24,685 nucleotides of DNA from Octopus sinensis (Eukaryota): the NCBI RefSeq assembly GCF_006345805.1, contig NW_021836323.1, positions 1 to 24,685 on the forward strand. The letters run 5' to 3'. Shown piece after piece: positions 1 through 11,834 of this stretch. The notes under the pieces were generated by a model. It worked only from the letters and a program-made list of their open reading frames with translations, was not told the DNA's origin and ran no database searches. The position numbers and the translations under genes were made by a program. Each line of letters begins with the position of its first letter. The stretch's first letter is position 1.

Positions 1-1197
1 TTTTCAGAGAGTGAAGAGTTGGCGAAGAAATTCTCAACGATACCCCTTCATTCTGATGAAACTAACGTTGACACCGAGTTACCTCGGCCAGAAGGTGACG
101 AAAGTCATTATCAGTGGTGTCCCCCAAGTGACTACAACACTGTGGATTAACATCCACCTTAACATCCGAAATGGAGGACTTAAACATCCTAGATATCGGT
201 GTTTCGGAAACAAGGACTGGCTGGGAAAGAGAATAGAGTTCCTCTTCCACATAAGTCAAGAGGACATAAATAAAATCCCCACCCACGTACATCTTGAGGA
301 TGGCCGCAAGTTATACGTAGTAGTCGAGGGCAGAAGGCCACGATGCTATACATGTGGCAGTGAGGCACACCTCAAAAAGGAGTGCAAATCTGCCGCAAAT
401 TACAACAACAACAACAGGCACAGGAAAAATCACAAAAGCCAGGATTATTGCCCACACCACAATATGGACAGCTAGTCAAGAAGCTGTATGCGGAAATGCA
501 GGAAAAAAAACAAGAACAAGCCAACCCAACCAAACAACACCAACACCAGCGCCAAGAACAGAATCATCACCACAAACACAAATAACCAATTCCAACACCA
601 AGAATAACAACGAAGAAGACAAGCACCAAGGATGTAGGAGAGACAATAACCACAACAAACTCCCCAGCAACACCCTCCCCGCGCACCACAACAATATCTA
701 CAACCACCCAAACACACCCAGACGCTTTACCCTTGCCCCCTGCTGATTCGTCAGACTTTTCATCTAACGATGAAAGTTCGACAGAATGGCAAATAGCCAC
801 AGGGGTAAAAGAAAAGATCAAGAAAAACCAAACAAGAAATCGCAACCCAGCAGGGAGATACCTGAACCCTGAAAACTCCATACACAACAAAACAAGGACC
901 AACACCACAAAAACAATGCTATCAGCGAAGACACCAAAGACTCCAAATAATGGAGTACATCACAGGATACACAAACATTTGTGAAGATGACTTTAAAAAT
1001 AGCAATCATCCACGCACTACACCACCCAAACACACAAAATACTACACATCACACAAACACAACACCACAAACTCAAAGCCCTCTTCCCAAATGCTGTAGG
1101 GGGTTTCCAGAAATATCTGTCCCAAAAACTATATAAAAACCTCCTCGAAGACACATCAAAGAACGAGGAAGCCAAAACTTTCGACACAAGTAAGTAA
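1..1197 (+). pseudogene. ORF1 (gag-like nucleic-acid-binding protein) of the Tx1 element, C-terminal part, frameshifted
   Basis: Frame 11..475 encodes VVVEGRRPRCYTCGSEAHLKKEC (CX2CX4HX4C knuckle at 344-385), followed by Q/T/N/K-rich low-complexity pieces in shifting frames (382..585, 733..984). The end coordinate is approximate. Confidence 0.8.
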
Positions 1198-1247
1198 CTC
1201 TCTGTACTTTCATTTGTGTGTTTTAAAGCACACACCCCAATAGAATC

Positions 1248-4200
1248 ATGGTCAAGATTGGTTGTGTGAATGCGCGTGGCTTGGGGTCTCCTTGGAAACA
1301 AGGATACCTCCTAAATGACATCAAGTCACATGATCTGGGAATCATAGCCATAAGGAGACCAGACTCCACGAGCCACGGGCCCTAAAGTCCCATGTTTGGC
1401 GGGACAGTTTAACATTATTTCACTCCCTGTCTGCCGAGGATGGGCGGTAGTGGCACCGCGGTACTTTTTCACAAGAGCCTGGATCTCGAAGTCAAGACGA
1501 TATTCGTAGACCCGGAGGGTAGACTGATCGTTCTGGATGTTCACGGCAGCAATGGGTGCGCTTTCGACTCGTATCTACGCACCGCCCTTAACAGGTCGGG
1601 GCGGATTTCTTTCGACGTCTAGAAGTTTCTTGGGAACGTCTCGTCCTTTACTCTTAGTGGGGGATTGGAATGCTACCTTGGACACGCATGTAGACTACGT
1701 GGGTAGAGACAGAAACAGAAGGGGATGCAAATGCCTCAGAGACCTGCTCAGAGACGATTCCAACTGTCTGACAGGTACCGACTCGACACCCAAATGCACC
1801 AACGTGGACATGGAGCAACCGCAGGGGGTCGTCGAGATCGTATCTATATAGGATAGTGTAGGACAGTAGACAAGGATAACTTAGGATGTCCACAATTCCA
1901 CACAGTCAGCTACACGGATCACAAATTGGTGGTGACGTGTACGCAGACTTAGATAAGGCACATAGACAGGGTCCTGGGTACTGGAAACTGAACGCCTCAT
2001 TCCCGTCCAGACAAGTTTTCAGAGACCGGATTAGCACACTAGTAAAGAGGGCTTTGACGGGAGCCATCATCAACAACAAATGGTGGTTTGCCCTCAAGAG
2101 AGCAGTAAAAGCAGAAGCGAGAAGCGATTAGGTACAGCAAAGCACTAGCCATAGATAGAAATAGAGTAGAGGGTGAGCTAGTTAAGAAGCTAGAAGAGGC
2201 AATTAGTAGCGGCATCGCATCCGACGTTTTGGCGGCGAGGTTGGCCCTCGACCAACACTTCAACGCCAAACACGAAGGATGTTGTGTCAGGCTAGGATGC
2301 GTGCTCTACGGAACGAAGGTGTTGGAGCCGCGAGAGAGGCCCGGGTGGCAGAGGCGCAACAGGGCAACAAAGCCCCATTCGGCACTGGTAGATGAACAGG
2401 GGCGCGAATTGCTCGAGCCAAGTAAAATGTGTGTGAGGCCTTTCAGCAGCATTTTGCCCGACTGTTCGGACGAGTGGAGGGCAAGAAACGTAGGGTGGAC
2501 TTCAGTGCTACCTACATAGCCTGCCACGACTCTCGACAAGAAAGGCAGGCAGGGTGCTGCTAAGTGCCATCACGGCGGCGGAAGTGCAGGAAGCGATAGC
2601 AGAATGCTCAAGGGACAAATCACCGGGTTTGGATGGTCTACCCTACGAGTTTTACATGTATGCCAGACTGTTGGAGACGTCTTGGCAGCGGTATACTGCA
2701 ACTGGCAGCAAAACGGAGCATACCCGGTTGTGAGTCGAGGAGCTGTAACTCTGCTGAAGAAAGATCCAAACAGGGAAACATTATAGAAACTTTAGACCAA
2801 TCACGCTGCTCAACGCAGACCTGAAAATTTTGACAAAGGGTGTTAGCCAAGAGGGTTGGCGCTTGTCATCGAGAAACTGGTCGACAACGCACAAACGTGC
2901 GCCGTGCCGGGCCGGAGCATACATGACAACCTCCATCTGATGCGCTACATCATAGACAGGGTAGTTAACGAACCTGGCATGGGTGGGGCCCTGATCAACT
3001 TGGATCAATCGAAAGCCTTTGATAGGGTAGACCATCGATACTTGGAGGCAGTCCTGAGAGAGGCGGCTGGTTTCGGTCCCGTCTTCCGCGCTGGATAGCT
3101 GCCTTGTACAGAGGCATCCGTTCGGTATTAATTCGCGTAAATGGACATCTATCGAGACCTTTCGACATTGCACGTTCGGTCCGTCAGGATGCCCCCTCTC
3201 GGCGCTTCTATACGTATTGACTCTTGAGCCACTACTGCGGAAGCTGGCGACTCTAAGGGGCATCCCGAGAGAATTGGGATGCGGGACGGGCGGGTCTCAT
3301 ACGCGAACGACGTCACCGTCATAGTGTCAAGCCACGAGCACATCGAGCGGGTCGGCGAGACACTGAAAAGACTACGAAGCGGTGACAGGAGCAAAAAGAC
3401 ACCGGGAAAGTCAGTGGGGCTTGCGGCTCGGCACCTGGAGAAGCAAGCCCATGCCGTCCACCAGTACCTCCGTCGTGGACGCTGGGACAGACGGCCCGGT
3501 TGAGTTGCTCGGGGTCTGGTTCGGTCCGGACCTCCAAATGGAGAAGAACTGGAACGAGATAACGAGTAGGGTGTCACTCTCGCCCAGCAATGGGCCGAGA
3601 GGAGGAAACTGTCCCTAAAAGGTCGGGCGGAGGTGTTGAACGCGTACATCGCGGCATCATCTACTACCGTCTGACCGTCGTACCTTGTCCCGACCCTACC
3701 ATCACCAAACTAGAACGCATCCTCTTCCGCTTCTTGTGGAAAGGATGCGTCCCGATGGTCAGGCGATCCATTTGCTGTCAACACCCGTTAAAAGGAGGGC
3801 TGGGCATGCCGTGGTTGATGATGCGCAGACACGCGCTGAGACTGCGACATCTCCGGCTCTATGTAGATGACGGTGAACAGGTGTGGTCGCCGTTTTGAGG
3901 CACGCATTCCCGCAACTCGTCTCATGACGAACTACAGTCGTGGATCAAAAAAGAGGCCGAGGAAGGGCGAATGGCACCGCGAGTGTCGCGTTGCTCTCAA
4001 GCAACTCTGCCGTCCCGGGGTCGACTTGAGTGCTTCACACAACCAAAGCATTCTATAGGGATTAGTGGAGGGAGGTACGACGACGAGCTCGGGGGCAAAC
4101 CTGGGCGTCGACGAGGAATACCTGACCCGCCTGTTTCAAACGACTTTCGCCCGAGACCTATGGACAAACTTCCAGAGATCCCTGGCCTGGCGGTGCTACC

Positions 4201-4640
4201 GAGAAGCGCTACCGTTCGGGATAAGCTCTATAGGCATGGCTCGAGAAACACGGGGCCGACCTGCCCGAGATGCGGGCCAGAGCGACGAAAACCGCTCTGC
4301 ACGCAATCGTGCAGTGTCCAGCAATTTCCCACCTGTGGGCTTATGTCGAACGACTGCTGTCACGTGTGGGACGTGTCGGTTTTCAGCCGAGTCTATCGTT
4401 AATATCGTCACGCCTCCTTCCTTCAAACGGGAAGGAAGAGCTATTTTATCATACTTGTGGCTATGCGAAAGAATGTATCTGGTGGACGCGCCTGAAAGGA
4501 TTAGAGACAAACACTTTCCTCTCGGTCAATCTCTCATCAACTTCTTAAGTATCACTTGAAGAGGAAAGTGAGAGTAGAGAGGCAAGTTTGTCTAGTGAAT
4601 GTTTAAAAAAAGATGGGTGAAGTAGCAAGGATGGCACATG
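1248..4640 (+). pseudogene. ORF2 polyprotein (APE endonuclease, reverse transcriptase, C-terminal CCHC zinc finger), frameshifted
   Basis: ATG at 1248. APE motifs: NARGL, GDWN (1660-1671), TDH (1914-1922). RT from SPGLDG (2620) through QGCPLS to YAND (3300-3311; the catalytic YADD is changed to YAND). CPRC...ETALHAIVQC at 4262-4317. Split over many frames in the ORF track; the end coordinate is approximate. Confidence 0.92.
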
Positions 4641-5024
4641 AATGACGTAGCCACCTTGACTATGATGTATGAACCGTAAAAATTAATACAGAGAGTGCTT
4701 AGTTGCAAAAAAAAAAGAAATATAACATGTGACTTCATTGACCGAGGTTACCGTTGTCTTTTCCGTAGGCTTTTCTTTCCACGTGTAAACCACACCTGTT
4801 CTCCCCTTTACACATCATATTGACATTTCTGTGATAACGATCCTATTGATCAATTTTTTTGCTCTTCCCCCCACCTTTTTTTTTTTATTAACCTCCCTTT
4901 TTTTTAGTCCTCTTTCTTTCCTTTTACGATCCCTTTTGATCGAAAACCACCATTCCCCTTTTTTTACCCCAAAAAGAAAGCTCTACCTTGTAAATTTGTT
5001 CTACTTTGTGCAGCCCTCGTGGCT

Positions 5025-5030
5025 AATAAA
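5025..5030 (+). promoter_or_regulatory. AATAAA polyadenylation-signal-like hexamer at the 3' end of the Tx1 element
   Basis: AATAAA followed by GAAACA and then immediately the (TATC)n tract. Confidence 0.6.
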
Positions 5031-5036
5031 GAAACA

Positions 5037-5135
5037 TATCTATCTATCTATCTATCTATCTAACTATGTATCTCTCTAACTGTCTATCAGTTTTCTACCT
5101 GTCTATCTGCCTGTCTGTCTGTCTATCTATCTATC
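5037..5135. repeat. (TATC)n microsatellite degenerating into TGTC/TATC
   Basis: Directly visible, abutting the Tx1 3' end. Confidence 0.95.
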
Positions 5136-5192
5136 ATTCTTTTCATCCTCTATCTATCTATTTATTTATTTATTTATATATTTATTCATCAC

Positions 5193-5350
5193 TGACTGTC
5201 TGTTAGGGAGCTTGCATGCAAACCACAATGTTCCAGGTTCTGTTCCACTGCGTTGCACCTTGGTAAATAATCTCATACTGTAGCTAATCTCAAAGATCCC
5301 AAAACTTTAGAGTGCATTTGGTAGACAGTATACTCCTTTAGGAACGTGTC
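5193..5350 (+). mobile_element. Degenerate partial copy of the tRNA-derived SINE family seen at 11226-11604
   Basis: gcttgcatgcaaaccacaatgttccaggttctgttccactgcgttgcaccttgg...tttggtagac aligns by eye with the reverse complement of about 11460-11595. Confidence 0.75.
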
Positions 5351-5473
5351 AGAGTACCGTATAAATCATGTCTACAATCAGAATTAAGCAATACTATACG
5401 GTAAGAGTATTATACTATTCCAGGTTTATATGTGTATTCGTCGGGTGTGAATATTCTTCAATTCCTTCAAATT

Positions 5474-5504
<31 letters not shown>

Positions 5505-5708
5505 GCAGTCAGCAGAACAGAAACACCAGATGCGGAAAGCCAGAGCCACCTGCACCAATAGCACAGCCCCTACCCACTTCTGCCCTACCTGTGGGAGGGG
5601 CTTTCTTGCCCGGATTGGCCTCACCAGCATCTCGGTCTCATAGTAGTATTCCACCAAATGACCGTCAATGTTCATCTTCGAACCCGAAGGACGAACATTA
5701 ATAATAAT

Positions 5709-5725
<17 letters not shown>
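5505..5725 (+). mobile_element. 5'-truncated RTE/BovB-like LINE 3' end with hairpin and (TAA/ATT)n tail
   Basis: Encodes AEQKHQMRKARATC...THFCPTCGRGFLARIGLTS, the typical RTE C-terminal C2H2-like finger. It is followed by a hairpin (5669-5697, tgttcatcttcg-aacc-cgaaggacgaaca) and a trinucleotide tail. Confidence 0.8.
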
Positions 5726-5753
<28 letters not shown>

Positions 5754-6174
5754 GTATATATAAATATATACAGGACGGGCTTCCACAGAGATTCTGTTTG
5801 CAGAATATCATCTCTTACCTAGTCACACACACCCCACCCTCAGCCTAACCCACAACCCACCTGTGATTTCCCTATTCTCACCTCTCCACCTTCCAACACC
5901 ATCACAAGACACCCCCACTCACACACAACCACTGACCATTTACCAGACCTACATTTTCTCACCTGTACTTACACACACGCACACCTCAAGTTCACCAGCC
6001 CTCTTCCACACGCACATACAAATGTAACTATTTGTTGTCTACACCACTTTTTTTTTAAATTCTTCCCTATGTCTATCTATCTATCTCTCTCTCTATCTAT
6101 CTATCGATATCCACACAAATATATATACATATATATATGCATAATTACATACGTATATGTACTGCATATATAGG

Positions 6175-6206
<32 letters not shown>

Positions 6207-6257
6207 ATACATACAACACACACACAACGCACACACACACACAAAAACACACATATT

Positions 6258-6293
<36 letters not shown>

Positions 6294-6376
6294 ATGTATA
6301 TGCATATATGTAGGCGTGTACCGTTGGCGATTTTTTTTCCTCTGTCTTCCCTTCTCTCGATCTTTCCTTTTCCTAT

Positions 6377-6411
6377 GTTTCCGACGAAGAGCTCCGCTCG
6401 AAACGTTTAAC
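6377..6411 (+). ncRNA. Decayed minimal type I hammerhead ribozyme motif
   Basis: gttt-CCGACGA-A-GAGC-tcc-GCTC-GAAA-CG-TT-taac: core has U4>C, stem II GAGC/GCTC, palindromic helix III, stem I with one mismatch. Confidence 0.6.
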
Positions 6412-7214
6412 CCTCCTTCTTCCCTTCTTTCCTGAGCGTCCAATAATACTTTATTTGTTCCACGTCCTCGCGTTGTTGTGTTTTTTTTGTGATTTCTTGT
6501 TTTGATTAACTTTATATATATATATATATAAATGTATGTATGTAATGCAGCACAAAGGCTTGGAAACGGTCGTAATATGATGTATGTCAAACGGTTTATA
6601 TAAAGATATTCACCTGTCATACTCTTGACTTTTATGGTTTATATACTCCCCATGAAATAATTTTACTTATCCCATCTCGACTTTAACTGCGTGGAACTTT
6701 GCATTTTTCTTTTCTGTATTAGATTACTAAAGCTCTGTTCGCCGAGCCCCTTAAGATGAGCTTTCTATAAATATAACACACAAACACACACACACACAAA
6801 CACACAGATACACACACACACATACACATACACAGAGAAACAGACACACGGATACACACATTTACACATAAGCCTACGTGTCATCCCCATTGCGTTTTTG
6901 AGTTTGCTTTATTTTTCAGTGCGTGTGTGCGTGTTATCTTGATTCAAATATGTCTAAGTAGGCGAATCATTAGGTATCCACAGCTCCATAACTAGCTGTG
7001 AATGAATACTATGTTTTAGGACTAATTAGAAATTAGTAGTGGCTGCGTCCTATATTTTATATAAACAAAAGGGAGGAATGAATTTTGTATGTAACACATG
7101 GGAGCACACAACTTTAATTAAGCATCTGAGACATTCATTTCGGTGCTTCTGAGAATATACTATTTATTAGCTGTCAACAAAGTCCCTAATATCAATGCAA
7201 TTAATATATACATA

Positions 7215-7217
7215 CAT

Positions 7218-7251
<34 letters not shown>

Positions 7252-7265
7252 CACACACACACATA

Positions 7266-7341
<76 letters not shown>

Positions 7342-7345
7342 TATG
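7215..7345. repeat. Compound (CA)n/(TA)n microsatellite
   Basis: Directly visible. Confidence 0.95.
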
Positions 7346-8997
7346 CACAGCAGCATGCTCCGTAAAAGTGAACACGAAAAGATTGCAGAGGTTAAGGTTA
7401 TAGATTTGGCCAATTTTATATACAATCGAAGTAAGAGTACACAATATAAGAAGTTAAAATATTTAGAAAATTCTGCATTTGGAAAGATGTTAGAAAACTT
7501 TACAAAATTGGCAACGACACCAATGTGAACCTCTGAAGACATGTCGAAATTGGTCTGATCGATTCGTTTATTCGCCGAGAACTTGATGTTGGCTGTAGCT
7601 GTTTTCCAGCAAGAGTGGTGCGCTATTTCTTGCAGAACAATTGTCTGGAAACCTGTCAACTAGAGAAAGCTATCGAAGAAATAAGAACCACTGCTGAGGA
7701 GTGACTGGTAATAGAAAAGGACCACAAGTGAAATATTTTACCAGCCGAATGTTAATAAATAAACGAAGTATATTCCATGGCAAGGAAATTAGAATACATT
7801 CAATATTCTTCTATTAAAATTCTTCAGTGTTTGCAGGCGTATAACGCTTTAAGATCGACGTCCTTATAAACTGGGTATTAAAGCACCTGGAAGACATAGG
7901 GTTGAGAGACAATTTGGCCCCTCATCCCATAAGCGATAAACTGCAGTCCAGAGGCTAAGAATCAAAACATACATTCAGTATATCCGGTCGATTATGTTTG
8001 CAACAGTAGCGCTGCTTTTAATAATTAACTTTAAACTTACGTATACATCATCGTTGCATCCCAGCAAATAATTTTAACATTATTTGTTATATAGGCATAA
8101 ATTGGCGATTCATTTCGCCTCTGGTTTTATTCGGTATTTGATGTTCATAAGCCAAAAAATAAAAAAAATTATGAAATATCTGCATGCACGATGTTTGGAC
8201 GCGAGTTGTCTCGCCTGTGCGTGATTTTAAGGTGTTATAATACCCACTGGTATGATGAAGTAGCTCCCCAGAATTTATACAGGGGAGCTACTGTTGTTAA
8301 GGCGTTGGTTGCCAGTGTAATGGTATGCATTATGATATATGCTAGAGTCGGCCGTTAGAGATTGTATCGGGTGTTGCTGTGGTAGAGGTGCAAGAACAGT
8401 GATCGAAATATCGAAATATCTATTTACCGTTGCTTTGTGTAATACCATGCCTCGACGGGCAGGTGTGTGTATCACATAAAAACAATACAGTTATCTTTTG
8501 TATGTAGTTGCTGTTCATGTTTGGTCAACTGCTAGCTGCCTGACTAGGAGTTAAGGGAAGAGAAAGTGAATGTTAAATGTAGGAAGTCGATAAAGTGATA
8601 CCTTCATGGTGCCTGATATTTAAACAGCAGTGGGGTTGGGATAAAATGCCGTATCATAGTTAACATTCTCACCATAAACCTCTCTCAGTTGAATTATCTC
8701 ACTAACTGGATTCTGCCTGTGGTCGCCTCTGCGTCATCTACTTTTTGCCAAGTGTTTTCATACGGTGTTTTAGTATTTATAAATATCCAAACTAGTTAGA
8801 AGGGGAGACAATTAAGAACAATGAATTTCGTTGGCGGTCTGTTATATCTATTCTGGTTTTTGGTAGCCTAGAAGGGGTTGGAAGGGTCAAGTGGCAGAGA
8901 CATTATTCCGGTTTAGTGAAGGCCTCTGGCAAATGTGATTGCTGTCATTCACTGAAAAAAATATATTGTTTTACCACGACAAAACTGATGTTGAACT

Positions 8998-9060
8998 CAT
9001 CATCATCATCATCATCATCATCGTTTAACGTCCATTTTCCATGCTAGCATGGGTTGGAAC
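8998..9060 (-). mobile_element. Probable 3' end of a retroposon with (ATG)n tail, minus strand
   Basis: (CAT)n runs into cgtttaacgtccattttccatgctagcatgggttgga, a configuration I recall as a common cephalopod retroposon end. Family not assigned. Confidence 0.45.
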
Positions 9061-9734
9061 TGTTAAATGAAATTCAGCTATCGAGGATCGAATCCACGCC
9101 ATGCTTGCATGAAGCCACAATATATATATATATATATATTGAGAGAGAGAGAGAGAGATATGTACGCATGTATGTACGTAAGTATATATGTATGTATGTA
9201 TATATGTATGTATGTATGAATCTACGGGTACAGTGGTTAAAAGATTCTACTCAACTCACCAGATAGTCAGATGTGTAAATATCAATCGTTGGATACCAGG
9301 AAAACGAGATCACGCCGCGAAAATATATATTCTCGTGCAGCCATATTGTTCAAATAAGAAATGTAAAATAACACGACATCACCAATCTGTGCGTGTATAT
9401 ATGTTTCTTTGTTTTTTTCTTTGTTATTTTATATACATATTTGTGTACGAGTGGTCCTTTTGTACGTATACCAAAGTCTGTCCACCGCCCATGTGTATAT
9501 GTCAGTATGAGAGTGTATATATATGTTTTTTGCGTTTGTTTCTTTCTTCTTTGCCGAATCAATGTATCTGTGTCGTCATTTACACCAGAGTTAATTATCA
9601 AAATTGATTTCCATTGTGCGCTGAACTCGTCATTCTAAAACCTATTTCCTATATTAATGCATTTACATTGAACCAGCAGGAGATGAACGTAAACTTATAG
9701 CAGAGACGTGAATCTTGGTCTCCAAAGAAAGACA

Positions 9735-10230
9735 CCTACACGCAAACACACACACATACACACACACACACACACATACACACACACACACAAACACACA
9801 CAAAAAACACAAATATATGCATACATATGATTAGGGTACACATACACACGTACATATATATAAATATATATATGTATATATATATATATATATGTATATG
9901 ATATAGTAATATATATGTATGTATATACACACACATATATATATATACATATGTATATATAGTTATGTATATATACACATATGTACATATATATATATGT
10001 ATATATAAATATATATATATATATATGCGTGTGTATGTATAGAGATGTATATATACACAGAGATATACATATATTTATATATATTTATATATATATATAT
10101 ATAGATAGATAGATATACATACATATATATATATATATATATATGTATGTATATATATATGTATGTATATGTACATATACATACATAAGCACCCACACAA
10201 ATACACACAAACACGTTGACACACACAGGC
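9735..10230. repeat. Long compound (CA)n/(TA)n/(TATG)n simple-repeat block
   Basis: Directly visible; source of spurious YI/CV-rich ORFs. Confidence 0.95.
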
Positions 10231-10825
10231 AAAGGTACATTGCTTATTGATTCTACTATTGTATTATATTTTTGCTTGGTGCAATTTTTCAGTCATTGAT
10301 CTAATTTAACAATAGAATACAATAGAGTGTTCTGGAATGACCATTCCTCCCATCGCAACACATTTAATTCTCAGGAGCCATTTAAATTTAACAAGTTATA
10401 TTTACATAAATTACAATACAAAGATGGCGAACAGCGTCTAGTTCGTTGCAACTTCAGATTAGCTCCTGCGGCGTGTTGCGGTTTAATGATAATGTTTTAC
10501 TTGTAACGCAGCTAACTATATTTAGTTAAAAGTTTTCACACTGATTCACTCTCTCAGTCTGTCTCTCTCTCCCTTTCTCTGTCTCTCTGTCTCCGTCTCT
10601 CTCTCTCTCTCTCTCTCTCTGTTACTCTCTCACACACACTCTCTATCTCTCTCTTAGATAGCTTTTATACTCAAGAGTAGACACAAAGAGACCACACGCG
10701 TATATTTAGAGACATATGTTTGCTTGTTGTGTTTATGTACATATATTAACCCCATCCACACACACACACACACGCATATATACATATATGCGTGTGTGTG
10801 TGTATATATATGTATATATGTATCT

Positions 10826-10879
<54 letters not shown>

Positions 10880-10882
<3 letters not shown>

Positions 10883-11130
10883 GGAGTATATTAGAGGAGG
10901 TGAGGGAGTATGTCAACCTGGGTCAGGAAGTAAATATGTGCCGAGATATCAAAAAGGAAATCTCACGGAGAGTAAGGGCCGGATGGAAGGCGTTCAATGG
11001 CATAAGGGATGTGCTCAAGGGAAGGTTGGACAGGACCACCCGCGATCCAAAGAGGAGTGGTCAGCGTGCTGTGACCAGTGGTGTCAAATGGACGCCTGAC
11101 GGACTGGTTGGTCAAGGTGATCAAGGTGAT
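10880..11130 (+). mobile_element. RTE-clade LINE fragment, internally deleted
   Basis: LEEVREYVNLGQEVNMCRDIKKEISRRVRAGWKAFNGIRDVLKGRL matches the post-RT Y.YLG...EI.RR...GW.AF region of RTE elements. It joins directly to C-terminal-like sequence (EEWSACCDQW). Confidence 0.75.
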
Positions 11131-11136
11131 ATATAA

Positions 11137-11173
<37 letters not shown>

Positions 11174-11225
11174 CAAACATACATATACGCACACATATAA
11201 ATATTATATTTAAGTATATTTTTTT

Positions 11226-11604
11226 TTACTTGTTTCAGTCATCTGACTGCGGTTATGCTGGAGCACCGCCTTTAGGCGAGGACATCGACCGCCAGGACTT
11301 ATTCTTTGTAAGCCCAGTACTTATTGTATCGGTATCTTTTGCCGAACCGCTAAGTTACGGGGACGTAAACACACCAGCATCGGTTGTCTAGCGATGTTGG
11401 GGGACAAACACAGGCACACAAACACACACATATATATATACGACGGGCTTCTTTCAGTATCCGTCTACCAAACCCACTCACAAGGCTTTGGTCGGCCCGA
11501 GGCTATAGTAGAAGACACTTGCCCAAGGTGCCACGCAGTGGGACTGAACCCGGAACCATGTGGTTGGTAAGCAAGGTACTTACCACACAGCCACTCCTGC
11601 GCCT
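11226..11604 (-). mobile_element. Full-length tRNA-derived SINE (family A) with CORE-like segment and internal microsatellite
   Basis: Minus strand: A-box-like TGGCTGTGTGG (11593-11583), B-box-like GGTTCAGTCCC (11550-11540), CCTTGGGCAAGT CORE-like motif, internal (TA)/(TG) run, tail ending GACTGAAACAAGTAAAA. Confidence 0.85.
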
Positions 11605-11834
11605 ATATATATACATTGTAAATTTTCCTTTGACTTACTCATGTTTTTACATTTTGGCGTTTGCTGTGTTTCTTTCTTGAGAACACGGTATTTGTGGTAA
11701 GGCGATTTGATGTCTATCTCTAGCATAAATGAATCCACTTTAGTGGTCATTCCTCTTATTAATTGTAATATAATGTTTAAATCTTCGGATTTTTTTGAAT
11801 ATGCTAGACCACTGGTCTTAATTGATGTTGATTG

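Larger units (their letters stand above)
1..5036 (+). mobile_element. Tx1-like (L1 clade) non-LTR retrotransposon, 5' end outside the window, disrupted by many frameshifts
   Basis: Ordered motifs on the + strand: ORF1 CCHC knuckle; ORF2 start MVKIGCVNARGLGS, GDWN, TDH, GPGYWKLN, SPGLDGLPYEFY, FRPITLLNAD, DQSKAFDRVDH, VRQGCPLS, YAND, KGGLGMP, CPRC..H..C; then a T-rich 3' UTR and AATAAA at 5025-5030. APE plus RT without RNase H, GPGYWKLN and a knuckle ORF1 fit the Tx1 group. Confidence 0.92.

Noticed and set aside
62-4510. Minus-strand and alternative-frame ORFs over the Tx1 element
   Set aside because: Shadows of the GC-rich + strand coding sequence; no independent motifs.
7533-7555. CTGAAGAC-AT-GTC-GAAATTGGTC hammerhead-like string
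   Set aside because: Core and stem II overlap and stem I does not form; could be chance.
8252-8292. ATGATGA followed by an 11-bp hairpin (8259-8269 / 8282-8292), considered as a box C/D snoRNA or hammerhead
   Set aside because: No nearby box D (CTGA) or terminal stem, and no GAAA after the hairpin.
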